Assembly (NCBI GenBank): GCA_964423225.1
Contig: CAYREE010000005.1
Location: forward strand, 1-37,247
From: an uncultured archaeon
Lineage (GTDB): Archaea > Altiarchaeota > Altiarchaeia > IMC4 > SCGC-AAA252-I15
DNA length: 37,247 bases
Direction: 5' to 3'
The translations under genes were made by a program, and so were the position numbers. Positions 1 through 8,271 of the stretch are shown in pieces (positions within the stretch are counted from its first letter, which is position 1; the number at the start of each line of letters is the position of its first letter). Below the pieces are notes generated by a model that saw nothing but the letters and a program-made list of their open reading frames with translations, made no database searches and was not told the origin of the DNA.

Positions 1-1
1 A

Positions 2-628
2 TTATTTGACTTTATAATGCAGGACTATATGATCTCCGTATTGTCGAATTCCGTCAAGGACTAATAGATGATCCCCCTCAATATTATGCTGGATGGCATC
101 AGTCGAACCCTCTACGATTATCGGATAGACTAGCATATACATCTCGTCGGCAAGCCGCTCCCTGATCATTCTTGTAGAAAGTACTGAATCACCTTCTACA
201 AGAACCGTGTACAATTCGTTGTCACGAAGGTATTCAATCGTCTTTTTTAGATTAATAGCATATTGTCCAAATGTCTTCACCTCGACTTCCGGGTGTTTTT
301 TAGTGATCTCCCGAATCCTTGATGGGGGAGCACTCTTTGTGACAATAAGTGTTATCTCCTTCTTCTTGCCCTCGAAAACCCTTGCAGTAGGTGATAAAGT
401 GCAATTCTTATCTAATATAACAATCCTAGGAGATCTTCTAATAGAAGATTTGGATGAGAATTCAGAGTCGTCCTTCTTAACTGTGCGAGAATCAACAATT
501 AATGCATCAACCCTTCCCCGAAGCTCTTTTTTCCTAGCCTCGTTCAAGGTGTTCTTCAATTGTGGATCGTCTATGAGCTTACCATTCAAACTCATGTTCA
601 TATCCAAGATGATGCGAGTATGGGGCAT
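2..628 (-). CDS. RibD C-terminal (DHFR-fold) pyrimidine reductase-like protein, Rib7/ArfC family, divergent
   Basis: Motif order MSLNGKL ... RGRVDALIVDSRTVKKDD ... PRIVILD ... ARVF ... VLVEG ... LADEMYMLVYPIIVEG matches archaeal diaminopyrimidine reductases. Several conserved Gly/Asp residues are replaced. Confidence 0.8.
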   Translation of the reverse strand: MPHTRIILDMNMSLNGKLIDDPQLKNTLNEARKKELRGRVDALIVDSRTVKKDDSEFSSKSSIRRSPRIVILDKNCTLSPTARVFEGKKKEITLIVTKSAPPSRIREITKKHPEVEVKTFGQYAINLKKTIEYLRDNELYTVLVEGDSVLSTRMIRERLADEMYMLVYPIIVEGSTDAIQHNIEGDHLLVLDGIRQYGDHIVLHYKVK

Positions 629-678
629 TTTGATACACCTGATTAACTATTCAACTCACTATTATTAAGTAATATACA

Positions 679-1065
679 ATGGATTTGAAGTTACAGATGC
701 TGATACCTGCCATGCTACTATTAACGGTTTTCATCGCATTATACATGCATCCACTCAAAGATGAAGTATCCACTGATTGCAGAATCATAAAATCGATGAC
801 TGACATACAAACTTGTATTGGAAAGAATATCACCGCCATTGGAACGCTAGAATGCAATGTTCCGAAGGGCATGAGGAAGGGAGGAGTACACTTCCTAGTC
901 TTTAAAGATGGCACACAATTAAAATTTTTAGAAGAATATCCAACATGCAAAGACCACGACGGGAATAAAGTTGAAGTTACAGGAATGCTCTATCAATGTG
1001 GAAGAGAAGCCCAATGTTCAGGTATCGGATTATCAGGACTCGATTCAATCAAAACACAAGACTGA
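679..1065 (+). CDS. Hypothetical membrane-anchored/secreted protein, possible small OB-fold
   Basis: N-terminal hydrophobic helix, six Cys, and GKNITAIGTL ... GNKVEVTGML beta-strand pattern. Fits the gap between flanking genes. Confidence 0.6.
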   Translation: MDLKLQMLIPAMLLLTVFIALYMHPLKDEVSTDCRIIKSMTDIQTCIGKNITAIGTLECNVPKGMRKGGVHFLVFKDGTQLKFLEEYPTCKDHDGNKVEVTGMLYQCGREAQCSGIGLSGLDSIKTQD

Positions 1066-1066
1066 A

Positions 1067-2182
1067 CTACTTTTTCAAAGCTTTCTCCACGTCTTCCTGT
1101 GTATTCCTCAGCCTAATAAACCTGGTCTGACCGCGTCCCGATGCTGCCACAGTATCTATCAGCTTGCAGTGTTCCAGTTTCTTAAGCATCTCATTATAGC
1201 GTTTGACTCCAAGTCCCATCGCATCCCTCATCTTATCATAGATGGCTCCCGATTTCTCCCCGTCATTCAAAGCAATGACTCCAAGAAGCTTCTTCTCGTC
1301 TTTACTCAATGCTTTTACAGTCTCTATAAGATCAAGTTTCTGAGAGTCTTTCTCATATGCCTCTTCAACATGACTCTTATCCACATTTCTTTTCGCATCG
1401 CGTTCAGCAAGTAATGCTGCACGACGTATCAAATCTATACCGACCCTGAGGTCTCCTTGTTCAGCGGTTTTCTCTGAAACATATTCAACCAAGCTTTTCC
1501 CGATGACCCCCTCATATAACCCGTATTTCACCCTGTTTGACAGTATATCACAAACCTCATCCTGACTATATGGTGGGAAATAAACTCTCACCGGGTTGAA
1601 GACGCTGAGCGTCTTTGCTTCAAGTCCTTGCATAACATTCTCATCTATCATTATGCCGATGATACCAACCTTATCATAACCATATGTTGAATGCGCTTTC
1701 AGTAGATCAATAAGAAGATTGTTGACAGTCTTGTTCAAAAACAATAAGTCCAATTCATCCAATGCGACGCACAAGGTCTTACCTTCACGCGCAAGCTTCT
1801 TAAAAACCTTCTCCTTTATCGCGTTCAACGGCTTGCCAGTATCCGGGGGACTGTGACCGAAGACTTCCTCATGTATCCTAGAGAAAATACTAAAGCGAGT
1901 ATTATGATCCTCACAATTCACGTATACCGTAGTGATCTTACCACTCAACTCCCTTACCTGGTTGAACAAGTATTTCACACAAGTCGTCTTACCCGTACCA
2001 GGCGGCCCGTGGACGAGAGTGTTTATCGTGTTCACACCCCGTAATCCAGGCTTTATTGAAAGAGAGATCTCCTTCATCTGGTCGTCGCGGTGGATGAAGT
2101 CTTCTGGAACATAACTAGGGGTGAAGACTTCCTCGCTCTTAAAGAGCGTTTCCTCTGCTAGAAGTATGTCTTGTGGTTTCAT
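1067..2182 (-). CDS. cdc6: Orc1/Cdc6 replication initiation protein
   Basis: YVPEDFIHRDDQ, Walker A GPPGTGKT, YVNC, Walker B VALDELD, FPPYS, GDLRVGIDL and a C-terminal winged helix with GRGQTR. Confidence 0.97.
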   Translation of the reverse strand: MKPQDILLAEETLFKSEEVFTPSYVPEDFIHRDDQMKEISLSIKPGLRGVNTINTLVHGPPGTGKTTCVKYLFNQVRELSGKITTVYVNCEDHNTRFSIFSRIHEEVFGHSPPDTGKPLNAIKEKVFKKLAREGKTLCVALDELDLLFLNKTVNNLLIDLLKAHSTYGYDKVGIIGIMIDENVMQGLEAKTLSVFNPVRVYFPPYSQDEVCDILSNRVKYGLYEGVIGKSLVEYVSEKTAEQGDLRVGIDLIRRAALLAERDAKRNVDKSHVEEAYEKDSQKLDLIETVKALSKDEKKLLGVIALNDGEKSGAIYDKMRDAMGLGVKRYNEMLKKLEHCKLIDTVAASGRGQTRFIRLRNTQEDVEKALKK

Positions 2183-2206
2183 TTCTGTGTTATTATTGTT
2201 ATTGTG

Positions 2207-2214
2207 TTAAAAAA
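2207..2214 (-). promoter_or_regulatory. Candidate TATA box for cdc6 (TTTTTTAA); may double as a U-tract terminator for the upstream element
   Basis: Minus-strand TTTTTTAA 25-32 nt upstream of the cdc6 ATG, the spacing expected for a leaderless archaeal transcript. Confidence 0.45.
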
Positions 2215-2448
2215 GAGGGGTCTGGGGCAATAGTTTCGAAGGTGGTTTATTAGATGTATTTAGGCATGAAGCCTAGTTGACGGTAGGCGTACAGTTTGTC
2301 CTTACTGTCGCCTGGGGGGGTTTGACATGATTCCAATCCAGCCATCCAAGTGATTGTCCTTTTCATCTTTTATTTTACCTCGTCTTTTTGCCCCAGATGA
2401 TCCAAGTGGATTATGATCCTTGGGGTGAAGCACCCCAACCACCCATCC
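2214..2448 (-). ncRNA. Candidate structured non-coding RNA (SRP-RNA-like topology, family unassigned)
   Basis: Perfect 10-bp long-range pair 2221-2230/2388-2397. Hairpins at 2420-2438, 2285-2313 and 2261-2275. Nested pairs agatg/catct and cgaaggt/acctcg. 5' GGAUGGGU can pair with 3' ACCCCUCU. TATA-like box upstream, T6 downstream, no long ORF. Strand is not certain because some G-U extensions favour +. Confidence 0.5.
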
Positions 2449-2469
2449 GGATTATAGAATTCTCGCACG

Positions 2470-2478
2470 TTTAAAAAA
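2470..2478 (-). promoter_or_regulatory. Candidate TATA box (TTTTTTAAA) for the structured RNA; alternatively the terminator of the GNAT operon
   Basis: Centred ~26 nt upstream of the GG at 2448 on the minus strand, and ~30 nt downstream of the stop at 2508. Confidence 0.4.
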
Positions 2479-2507
2479 CACTTATCTAAGAGAGCAGTGG
2501 AAAAGTA

Positions 2508-3752
2508 TTAGTTAAGACTTTTAGTGTATAGTACTCCATCGACTCTATCATCAAGCCCACCGATTATTCTTTGTCCTACTCTAAAGCTTGCTCTTTGATA
2601 TCCCTTATCAGTGGATTCGTCTTTTACTGGTACTATAGAATTAAGTGATGTGGAACCATATTTTCTTGCTACTTGTTCAGAGACTCTGATAAGACCCTCG
2701 AATAGCTCTGGCTTGTCATGATCTTCATCCAGTACTGGTCCATAGACATATGCTTGGCCGTTTGGGTTAAAGAGCATTCCCATGACACCTACAACATTTT
2801 CCCGGTCCTTTAATCCTAATAGGACTCCGGACCATGACATCATACGCAATGTGAATGTACTTGGCTCCATAGTGGAATTTTCAATTCCTACGAGTGTAGC
2901 ACCTAATATGTCCTGATCGCTTTTGAGCTGTTGTAATGAAATATCTTGGATTGTCTCAGGTATTTCTAATGGAGGATATTTTAGATGGAATCCTACTCCC
3001 GTGGCTTTCTTAAAGTATAGCATGCCACGTTTCTCTTGGCAATGCTCTGGCCTTATGATATGTGCGACCTGAAATCCTTGATCGAATGCTTTTTGGATAT
3101 TGGGGAAATCGTTATCCTCTACTGCTAACTCGTTTTTTCCTGTAGTATCATGTCTTCCCATTATCTTGATTTGTCCGTCTCTGATCCTTGAACCAACGTC
3201 TTTCTCATCTATCTGTTCTACTGGTAATCCTACTGTTCGACGTGTTAATAATCTGTGTTCATCGGGTCCGTATATGTCCCTTCTAAATCCTATCCCAATG
3301 TTGCCTGCCTTGTTGATTATTGCATTGACTGCCGGTCCGTTAACCGGGTCTACAGTCCCCCAGGTAAAACCGTATCCTTGTTCAGCGACATCTTTGTCAA
3401 CATGGTCGTATAGGCTTCTTGATAGTTGTCCTCCCCTATATTGTTCTGTTATCGTAATCCCATGCCTGAATACTCCCCTCTCTTTTTCTGGGGGAAAGAC
3501 ATACTGGCACATACCAACAAGCATTTTATCGTCCCATGCGCCTATCTCTCGTCCAGCACGGGCTATTAGCTGGTGAGTGTATAATGATTCAGTCCTTGTT
3601 TTACCAAATCCGAGGAAATCAATGTATCTTGCCATGATAAGATCTAGATCTTCTGTGATGGCCCCGATCTTTACCCTGTCCCTCATGTATTCTTTGGGAC
3701 GGACGGGCAGATCACCAGTTTGTGTTGCTCTAAGATATGAATTCATTATCAC
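2508..3752 (-). CDS. Tandem GNAT-fold acetyltransferase-like protein
   Basis: GNAT1 has HGITITEQYRGGQLSRSL (acyl-CoA motif A), WGTVDPVNGPA and DIYGPDEHRLL. A second GNAT-like unit has VVGVMG ... YVYGPVLD ... YQRASF. Its start overlaps the upstream stop. Confidence 0.7.
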   Translation of the reverse strand: MIMNSYLRATQTGDLPVRPKEYMRDRVKIGAITEDLDLIMARYIDFLGFGKTRTESLYTHQLIARAGREIGAWDDKMLVGMCQYVFPPEKERGVFRHGITITEQYRGGQLSRSLYDHVDKDVAEQGYGFTWGTVDPVNGPAVNAIINKAGNIGIGFRRDIYGPDEHRLLTRRTVGLPVEQIDEKDVGSRIRDGQIKIMGRHDTTGKNELAVEDNDFPNIQKAFDQGFQVAHIIRPEHCQEKRGMLYFKKATGVGFHLKYPPLEIPETIQDISLQQLKSDQDILGATLVGIENSTMEPSTFTLRMMSWSGVLLGLKDRENVVGVMGMLFNPNGQAYVYGPVLDEDHDKPELFEGLIRVSEQVARKYGSTSLNSIVPVKDESTDKGYQRASFRVGQRIIGGLDDRVDGVLYTKSLN

Positions 3753-5479
3753 TCCTTTACCATCAAGTATAATTCCTTGTCGACTTCAAATTCTTTTTTA
3801 TTCCAATTCCTTGGAACAATACATACGAGCTCATATCCTTCCGCTAATATTGTCTTGATGAGTCCATAGTTGTTAATGTCCACGAGCATATTCTTATTGG
3901 ATGGATTGTATTCCATATAGCTTTTAATATATCTTGCATCATGATACTCGTATTTTTCTCTTTCATCACCCCTAGTCCTTTCACAAATCAGTCTGTGATG
4001 TCCTTTTCCGAAAAAATCAAGTATCATAAATTTTCCCTTATAGTTATACTGATTAAGTGTGGATGAGGCGGCTATTATGTCTTCTGGCATGAGAGAAAGA
4101 AAGATCCGTTTCCTATTGAAAAACTCTAATATCTCATCTACTCTATCATGGATTAATCTTCGTATTTTTTCCCTGATATAACCCGGCTTTACCGCTGTTC
4201 CATAAATATATATCCCGTCGCTTCCATCGAATATGAATTCAGAAACTGCTGCTATCGCCTGGGTCTCATTGTCAATGATACCCAGAAATAATCCGACCTT
4301 TGACAACATCATAAGGTTTTGTAAGCTTTCTGCATAGTCTCCAAACGCATTTTTCTCGATCTTGTGGATTTCCAGGATCTGGTCAGGAGTATCTAAAATG
4401 CATATCTTGTAGTTACCAGCATCTTCATCTACTGGTAATTGTACTGGTTGTCGCACATGGAGTGGATCAGCAGGTTTTAGTATGATAAGCTCTTCCCCTT
4501 CACTCGATTTCACAATCATTACCCCATCATATGACTCTTGATACTTCTCAGGATTAGATAAGAATGATGCAAGCGGTATTGCATATGTGGTGGTTGGATC
4601 TTCCGGCTCAACAAGGATCGGTATCTCCCCACCAACCTTAGACGAAATTTCGTCCATACCCCCGGTTGACTGATCGTCTTTTGTTTTAATAACAATGAAG
4701 ACCCGGCTCTCCGGTCCATAGAAATCATTTTGAATCCGTCTAATACGATACCCGTTTTTAAGGAATGTCTTAACCAATCCGATATTGCTCGTCTCAATCG
4801 CAGACCAGATCCGGGGTTTAGTGCAATGATTCTCAGCCTCTATCAGAAGCCTGCTTGGTATATCCAAACCAACCCTGTATTTGGAAGTGCTTATCGTATG
4901 TATGAATCCCCAACCGCTTCTATCATAAAATAAATCAAGTATCCCCACTATCCTACCCGCCGATTCTGCAGTTATCACTATTCCCGTGTCCTGCACCATC
5001 AATGGGAAGAACACCTCTTCTTCAGTCAGGCCAAGATCATTTAAACCTTCCCTGAATGATTTCTTGAATACTTCTAGATCACTTACTCTCTTTGTCTGGA
5101 TGTCTAATGCATCCTTGTTCAATCCAATATCATTTTCCGCGATATTATATCTTCTCATCAAATATCCTAATAGTTCCTTTTCGCCTCCAGCATCCGTCAT
5201 CATCTTCTTCATCAATTCAAAGGATAATGCAGAATCAACTATTGATTTAATAACCGTATTATCACCCACCTGTCTTATCTTCGCAGCATCATTCTTGATC
5301 TTTACAATCTCTTCTTGATAGTCTTTGTCAATCGTAACATAATCCAAGAACTTGATGGGATCAATACCTGTAGCAAGAACAAGAGACTCCAGTTCAGAAG
5401 TCAACTCACTGTAAGTCCTATATGCAGTACTCTCCTTATCCTGTATGGATTTCAACCTATCAGACATATTGGAAGACAA
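3749..5479 (-). CDS. Multi-domain protein with two GNAT-fold domains and an N-terminal helical region
   Basis: GRIVG ... FIHTISTSKYRVGLDI ... FLKNGY ... DFYGPESR, and ILEIHKIEKNAFG ... IYIYGTAVKPGY ... DFFGKGHHR. Start is uncertain (TTG 5479, ATG 5467, or ATG 5526 across a frameshift). Confidence 0.7.
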   Translation of the reverse strand: MSSNMSDRLKSIQDKESTAYRTYSELTSELESLVLATGIDPIKFLDYVTIDKDYQEEIVKIKNDAAKIRQVGDNTVIKSIVDSALSFELMKKMMTDAGGEKELLGYLMRRYNIAENDIGLNKDALDIQTKRVSDLEVFKKSFREGLNDLGLTEEEVFFPLMVQDTGIVITAESAGRIVGILDLFYDRSGWGFIHTISTSKYRVGLDIPSRLLIEAENHCTKPRIWSAIETSNIGLVKTFLKNGYRIRRIQNDFYGPESRVFIVIKTKDDQSTGGMDEISSKVGGEIPILVEPEDPTTTYAIPLASFLSNPEKYQESYDGVMIVKSSEGEELIILKPADPLHVRQPVQLPVDEDAGNYKICILDTPDQILEIHKIEKNAFGDYAESLQNLMMLSKVGLFLGIIDNETQAIAAVSEFIFDGSDGIYIYGTAVKPGYIREKIRRLIHDRVDEILEFFNRKRIFLSLMPEDIIAASSTLNQYNYKGKFMILDFFGKGHHRLICERTRGDEREKYEYHDARYIKSYMEYNPSNKNMLVDINNYGLIKTILAEGYELVCIVPRNWNKKEFEVDKELYLMVKE

Positions 5480-5603
5480 TGCGCCAAGGCTTTGACCTCT
5501 AGATTATCAAGGTCTGGGAAATCCATGATAGATAATTTAGGAAAAAAGGGTTAATTAGAATGATTTAGCAAAAGTTTATCTCACGAATGCCAATCTAGTA
5601 TCT

Positions 5604-5876
5604 TCAGAGTCTGTTTAGGTCTGTGACTTCTGCTTCTGAGACGCCGTCGATATCATTGATTTTATCCTGTAGTTCGTCCATCCCACCCTGCTTGTCGTTT
5701 AGTAGAATGTTCACCTCTAGGGCTGATAATCCGAATGCGATCGGCTTGACCTCTGAGCTGTGTACTTCGGCTTTCTCACCGACTAGTTCCCTAATCTTCT
5801 TGTCTATGCCATCCAAGTCTACTTCAATATCGTCGGGCATGATCCTTAGTCTTGCAACAACATTCCAGTCACTCAT
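5604..5876 (-). CDS. ef1b: Translation elongation factor 1-beta (aEF-1beta)
   Basis: RIMPDDIEVDL ... KPIAFGLSAL ... IDGVSEAEV, 90 aa. Confidence 0.96.
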   Translation of the reverse strand: MSDWNVVARLRIMPDDIEVDLDGIDKKIRELVGEKAEVHSSEVKPIAFGLSALEVNILLNDKQGGMDELQDKINDIDGVSEAEVTDLNRL

Positions 5877-6409
5877 TTTTTCTTCACATCCTTTACAATG
5901 ATCCTCATTTCTCCAGGCAGTTTCTTCATAGCGGACTTGAATGTGGCCTTTATGACATTCAGTCTAGGATCAGTTATGTCAAAATAGACGGTGAATAATG
6001 CCTGGCCTTTATGGACTCTCGCACATCTTCCAATAGGTTTTCCGAAAGCTCTTCTCATACCCTCTGAAACCCTGTCTGCTCCTGCACCACTTGCCTGAAC
6101 ATTCTGCCTCATGACATGGTGTGGGTATACTCTAACCTTGAAATAGTAGTTTGCAACACCGATCTTCTTTTCAAGACTCTTTTGCACATTAATCCTTGTT
6201 GCCTCAAGTGCATTATGCCTTACCTGAGTATTAGTCGTGTAGACAATCGACACTTCAGTATTGAATTCTCCGATAGGATTACCCATATCAAACCTGTTTA
6301 TCTTCGATGCTGGGATTCCTGTAATATATGATTCAGATGGATTATTCGACACTCTAGTATATGCTGGACTGTCCCACCTGTAGCATTTTGCTGGTCTAAT
6401 ACCTGCCAT
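5873..6409 (-). CDS. rpl10e: 50S ribosomal protein uL16 (L10e)
   Basis: RPAKCYR, QVRHNALEATR, RVYPHHVMR, GAGADRVSEGMRRAFGKPIG. Confidence 0.98.
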   Translation of the reverse strand: MAGIRPAKCYRWDSPAYTRVSNNPSESYITGIPASKINRFDMGNPIGEFNTEVSIVYTTNTQVRHNALEATRINVQKSLEKKIGVANYYFKVRVYPHHVMRQNVQASGAGADRVSEGMRRAFGKPIGRCARVHKGQALFTVYFDITDPRLNVIKATFKSAMKKLPGEMRIIVKDVKKK

Positions 6410-6508
6410 TTTATTAAAACACCTACGCTAAATAGAATCAACTGTCGAATATATATGAATTATTCCTTTATAAACTGTTTTTATCATCTACTACAAATAA
6501 TATCTACT

Positions 6509-7072
6509 ATGGTTGGTGCAGATCCCAGCTTTACACAAGCCCATATAGTCCGCACACTCTTCATATTGGATGAGAGTATGATGGGCCGAAAAAAGCTTGT
6601 TAAAGTACTTGGACTTGGCGAGGGAAGCGTTAGGACGATAATAAAAAGATTGACAAAGGATGGTCTGATAGACTCGTCTAAGAAAGGTCATTTTCTGACT
6701 ACTGAGGGAAAACGATGGATAAACTCTATACAAGACAGGTTTACACGGCCTTATTCAGTTGAATCAGATCTTGTTGAAGGGTTTAAGTCATTGATAGTCG
6801 TTCATAATGCTGTGGGAAGACTGGGTTCGATTGTTTCTTATCGTGATGTGGCGGTTAAGGCTGGTGCTTTAGGGGCTTTGATCTTGAAGAATGATGGTGG
6901 AAAGCTTGTTTTTCCGTCGGCAGAGGATGATTTAAAAGGTTTTGAGGGGGAGATTGATACTGGTAGGTTAAAGCTTACTGGTGATGATGTTATTGTCATA
7001 GTCTTTGCTAATACTTATGAAATCGCTGAGTCTGGGGCAGTGTCAATAGCATTGGATTTATGCGGTTTTTGA
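6509..7072 (+). CDS. Winged-helix protein, DUF4443/DUF2111-like putative transcriptional regulator
   Basis: GRKKLVKVLGLGEGSVRTIIKRL wHTH followed by RDVAVKAGALGA ... LVFP. ATG at 6509 preferred to the track start at 6455. Confidence 0.8.
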   Translation: MVGADPSFTQAHIVRTLFILDESMMGRKKLVKVLGLGEGSVRTIIKRLTKDGLIDSSKKGHFLTTEGKRWINSIQDRFTRPYSVESDLVEGFKSLIVVHNAVGRLGSIVSYRDVAVKAGALGALILKNDGGKLVFPSAEDDLKGFEGEIDTGRLKLTGDDVIVIVFANTYEIAESGAVSIALDLCGF

Positions 7073-7561
7073 AGCCATGCAGTTGGAGCGTTTTTTATCT
7101 TCTTTGATCTCTTGGCATACCCAGCTATGTGTTTCATCATCCGAGAATTTTATCAGGCATGAGTCATGCAATCTTTTATTCTCTATCTTCAAGCATATCT
7201 TCGGGTCATTATTGTTGATTGCTCTATAGTAGTAGAATCTTGACTTGCATTGGTTTATCAGATTAACATCCTTGTTTTCAAAGCAGTGTTGAAGATCTCC
7301 TGTTGAGACTGCTTTACATCTGTATCTCAACTCATCTGGTTTTATCAGTTCGCATATCTCAGGCCTTTTTTCTTCGATGGCTGTCTGATACTTATCCATA
7401 TCGTTCATATCTTGTATGTGTGTCAGGTTGATCCAATCATTGGTGCCAGTGTGATTTTCTTCAATACCTGGATTGTCTGGTATGATAGAGTATACGGAGT
7501 ATATGATGGTCACTGTCATAATGATTAAGATTATGATTATCTCTTTGAGTTGAAAATCCAT
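7058..7561 (-). CDS. Membrane-anchored protein with C-x2-I-x6/7-C cysteine repeats
   Basis: N-terminal TM helix, then CELIKPDELRYRC, CLKIENKRLHDSC and CQEIKEDKKRSNC. ATG at 7561 avoids overlap with rnhB. Confidence 0.7.
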   Translation of the reverse strand: MDFQLKEIIIILIIMTVTIIYSVYSIIPDNPGIEENHTGTNDWINLTHIQDMNDMDKYQTAIEEKRPEICELIKPDELRYRCKAVSTGDLQHCFENKDVNLINQCKSRFYYYRAINNNDPKICLKIENKRLHDSCLIKFSDDETHSWVCQEIKEDKKRSNCMASKTA

Positions 7562-7586
7562 CGTAATATATTCTATATAGTATTTA

Positions 7587-8249
7587 TTAGAAGTCATCAA
7601 GTGATGATTGTTTGGACTTTTCAATGGTGCCCCAGCTTTTCCTCACATAATCCGGTAGATTACCTTCCCGCACTAATTTATCGACAAACTGTTTTGTGGT
7701 GGGGTCTGAAGGATATCCTGATCCAAAGTCTCCATGTTTTTCCTTGAGTTTTTCAATATAATCATCCCTCTCAACTTTAGCTATAATGGATGCTGCCGAG
7801 GCTTCAATGTATGTGTCGTCGGCCCTATGTTCGGCTATTATCTTTGGGACAATTGCTTTTGGATCCACGCTTTCGATACATGCGAGAATCCTTTTTTTAT
7901 AGTTTTCTGCAATGCTGTCTGTCGCATCCACATATATGATGTCGGGTTTTGTTTTGAGGCCTGTTATCAGTTCCGCTGTCTTATATGCTTCTATCAGATT
8001 TAATGACATTTTTTTTCTGAGCCTGTCTATGTCTTTTGGTTGGATATAGATGCTATTCCATTCTACCGCGATTTTTTTCACTAGGGGCATCAGATGATTC
8101 CTTCTTTTTACAGCGATTTTTTTTGAATCTCGTACTCTTAACTCCCTTAGTTTATCACAGCCTTCTTCATCTAGCACTGCTATTGCAAGGACTAAGGGAC
8201 CAATAACCGGCCCTCTACCAGCTTCATCTATTCCACAGGTAAGATTCAT
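7587..8249 (-). CDS. rnhB: Ribonuclease HII
   Basis: GIDEAGRGPVIGP, VRDSKK, AASIIAKVERD, GSGYPSDP and a C-terminal PIP-box QSSLDDF. Confidence 0.98.
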   Translation of the reverse strand: MNLTCGIDEAGRGPVIGPLVLAIAVLDEEGCDKLRELRVRDSKKIAVKRRNHLMPLVKKIAVEWNSIYIQPKDIDRLRKKMSLNLIEAYKTAELITGLKTKPDIIYVDATDSIAENYKKRILACIESVDPKAIVPKIIAEHRADDTYIEASAASIIAKVERDDYIEKLKEKHGDFGSGYPSDPTTKQFVDKLVREGNLPDYVRKSWGTIEKSKQSSLDDF

Positions 8250-8271
8250 CAGATCATCTCATTATTAGTTT

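Noticed and set aside
2217-2445. tmRNA-like look on the + strand (GGGG start, TTTCGA, ...CCACCCA end)
   Set aside because: No acceptor-stem pairing between the ends, no T-arm GTTCRA, no tag ORF, too short, and tmRNA is not known in archaea.
2214-2448. RNase P RNA or TPP riboswitch assignment
   Set aside because: The P4 motifs (GAGGAAAGUCC / ACAGAA...GCUUA) and the TPP CUGAGA / AUACCUG motifs are absent on both strands.
5494-5514. Short inverted repeat GACCT-N11-AGGTC upstream of the GNAT genes
   Set aside because: Only 5-bp arms and a single occurrence; expected by chance.
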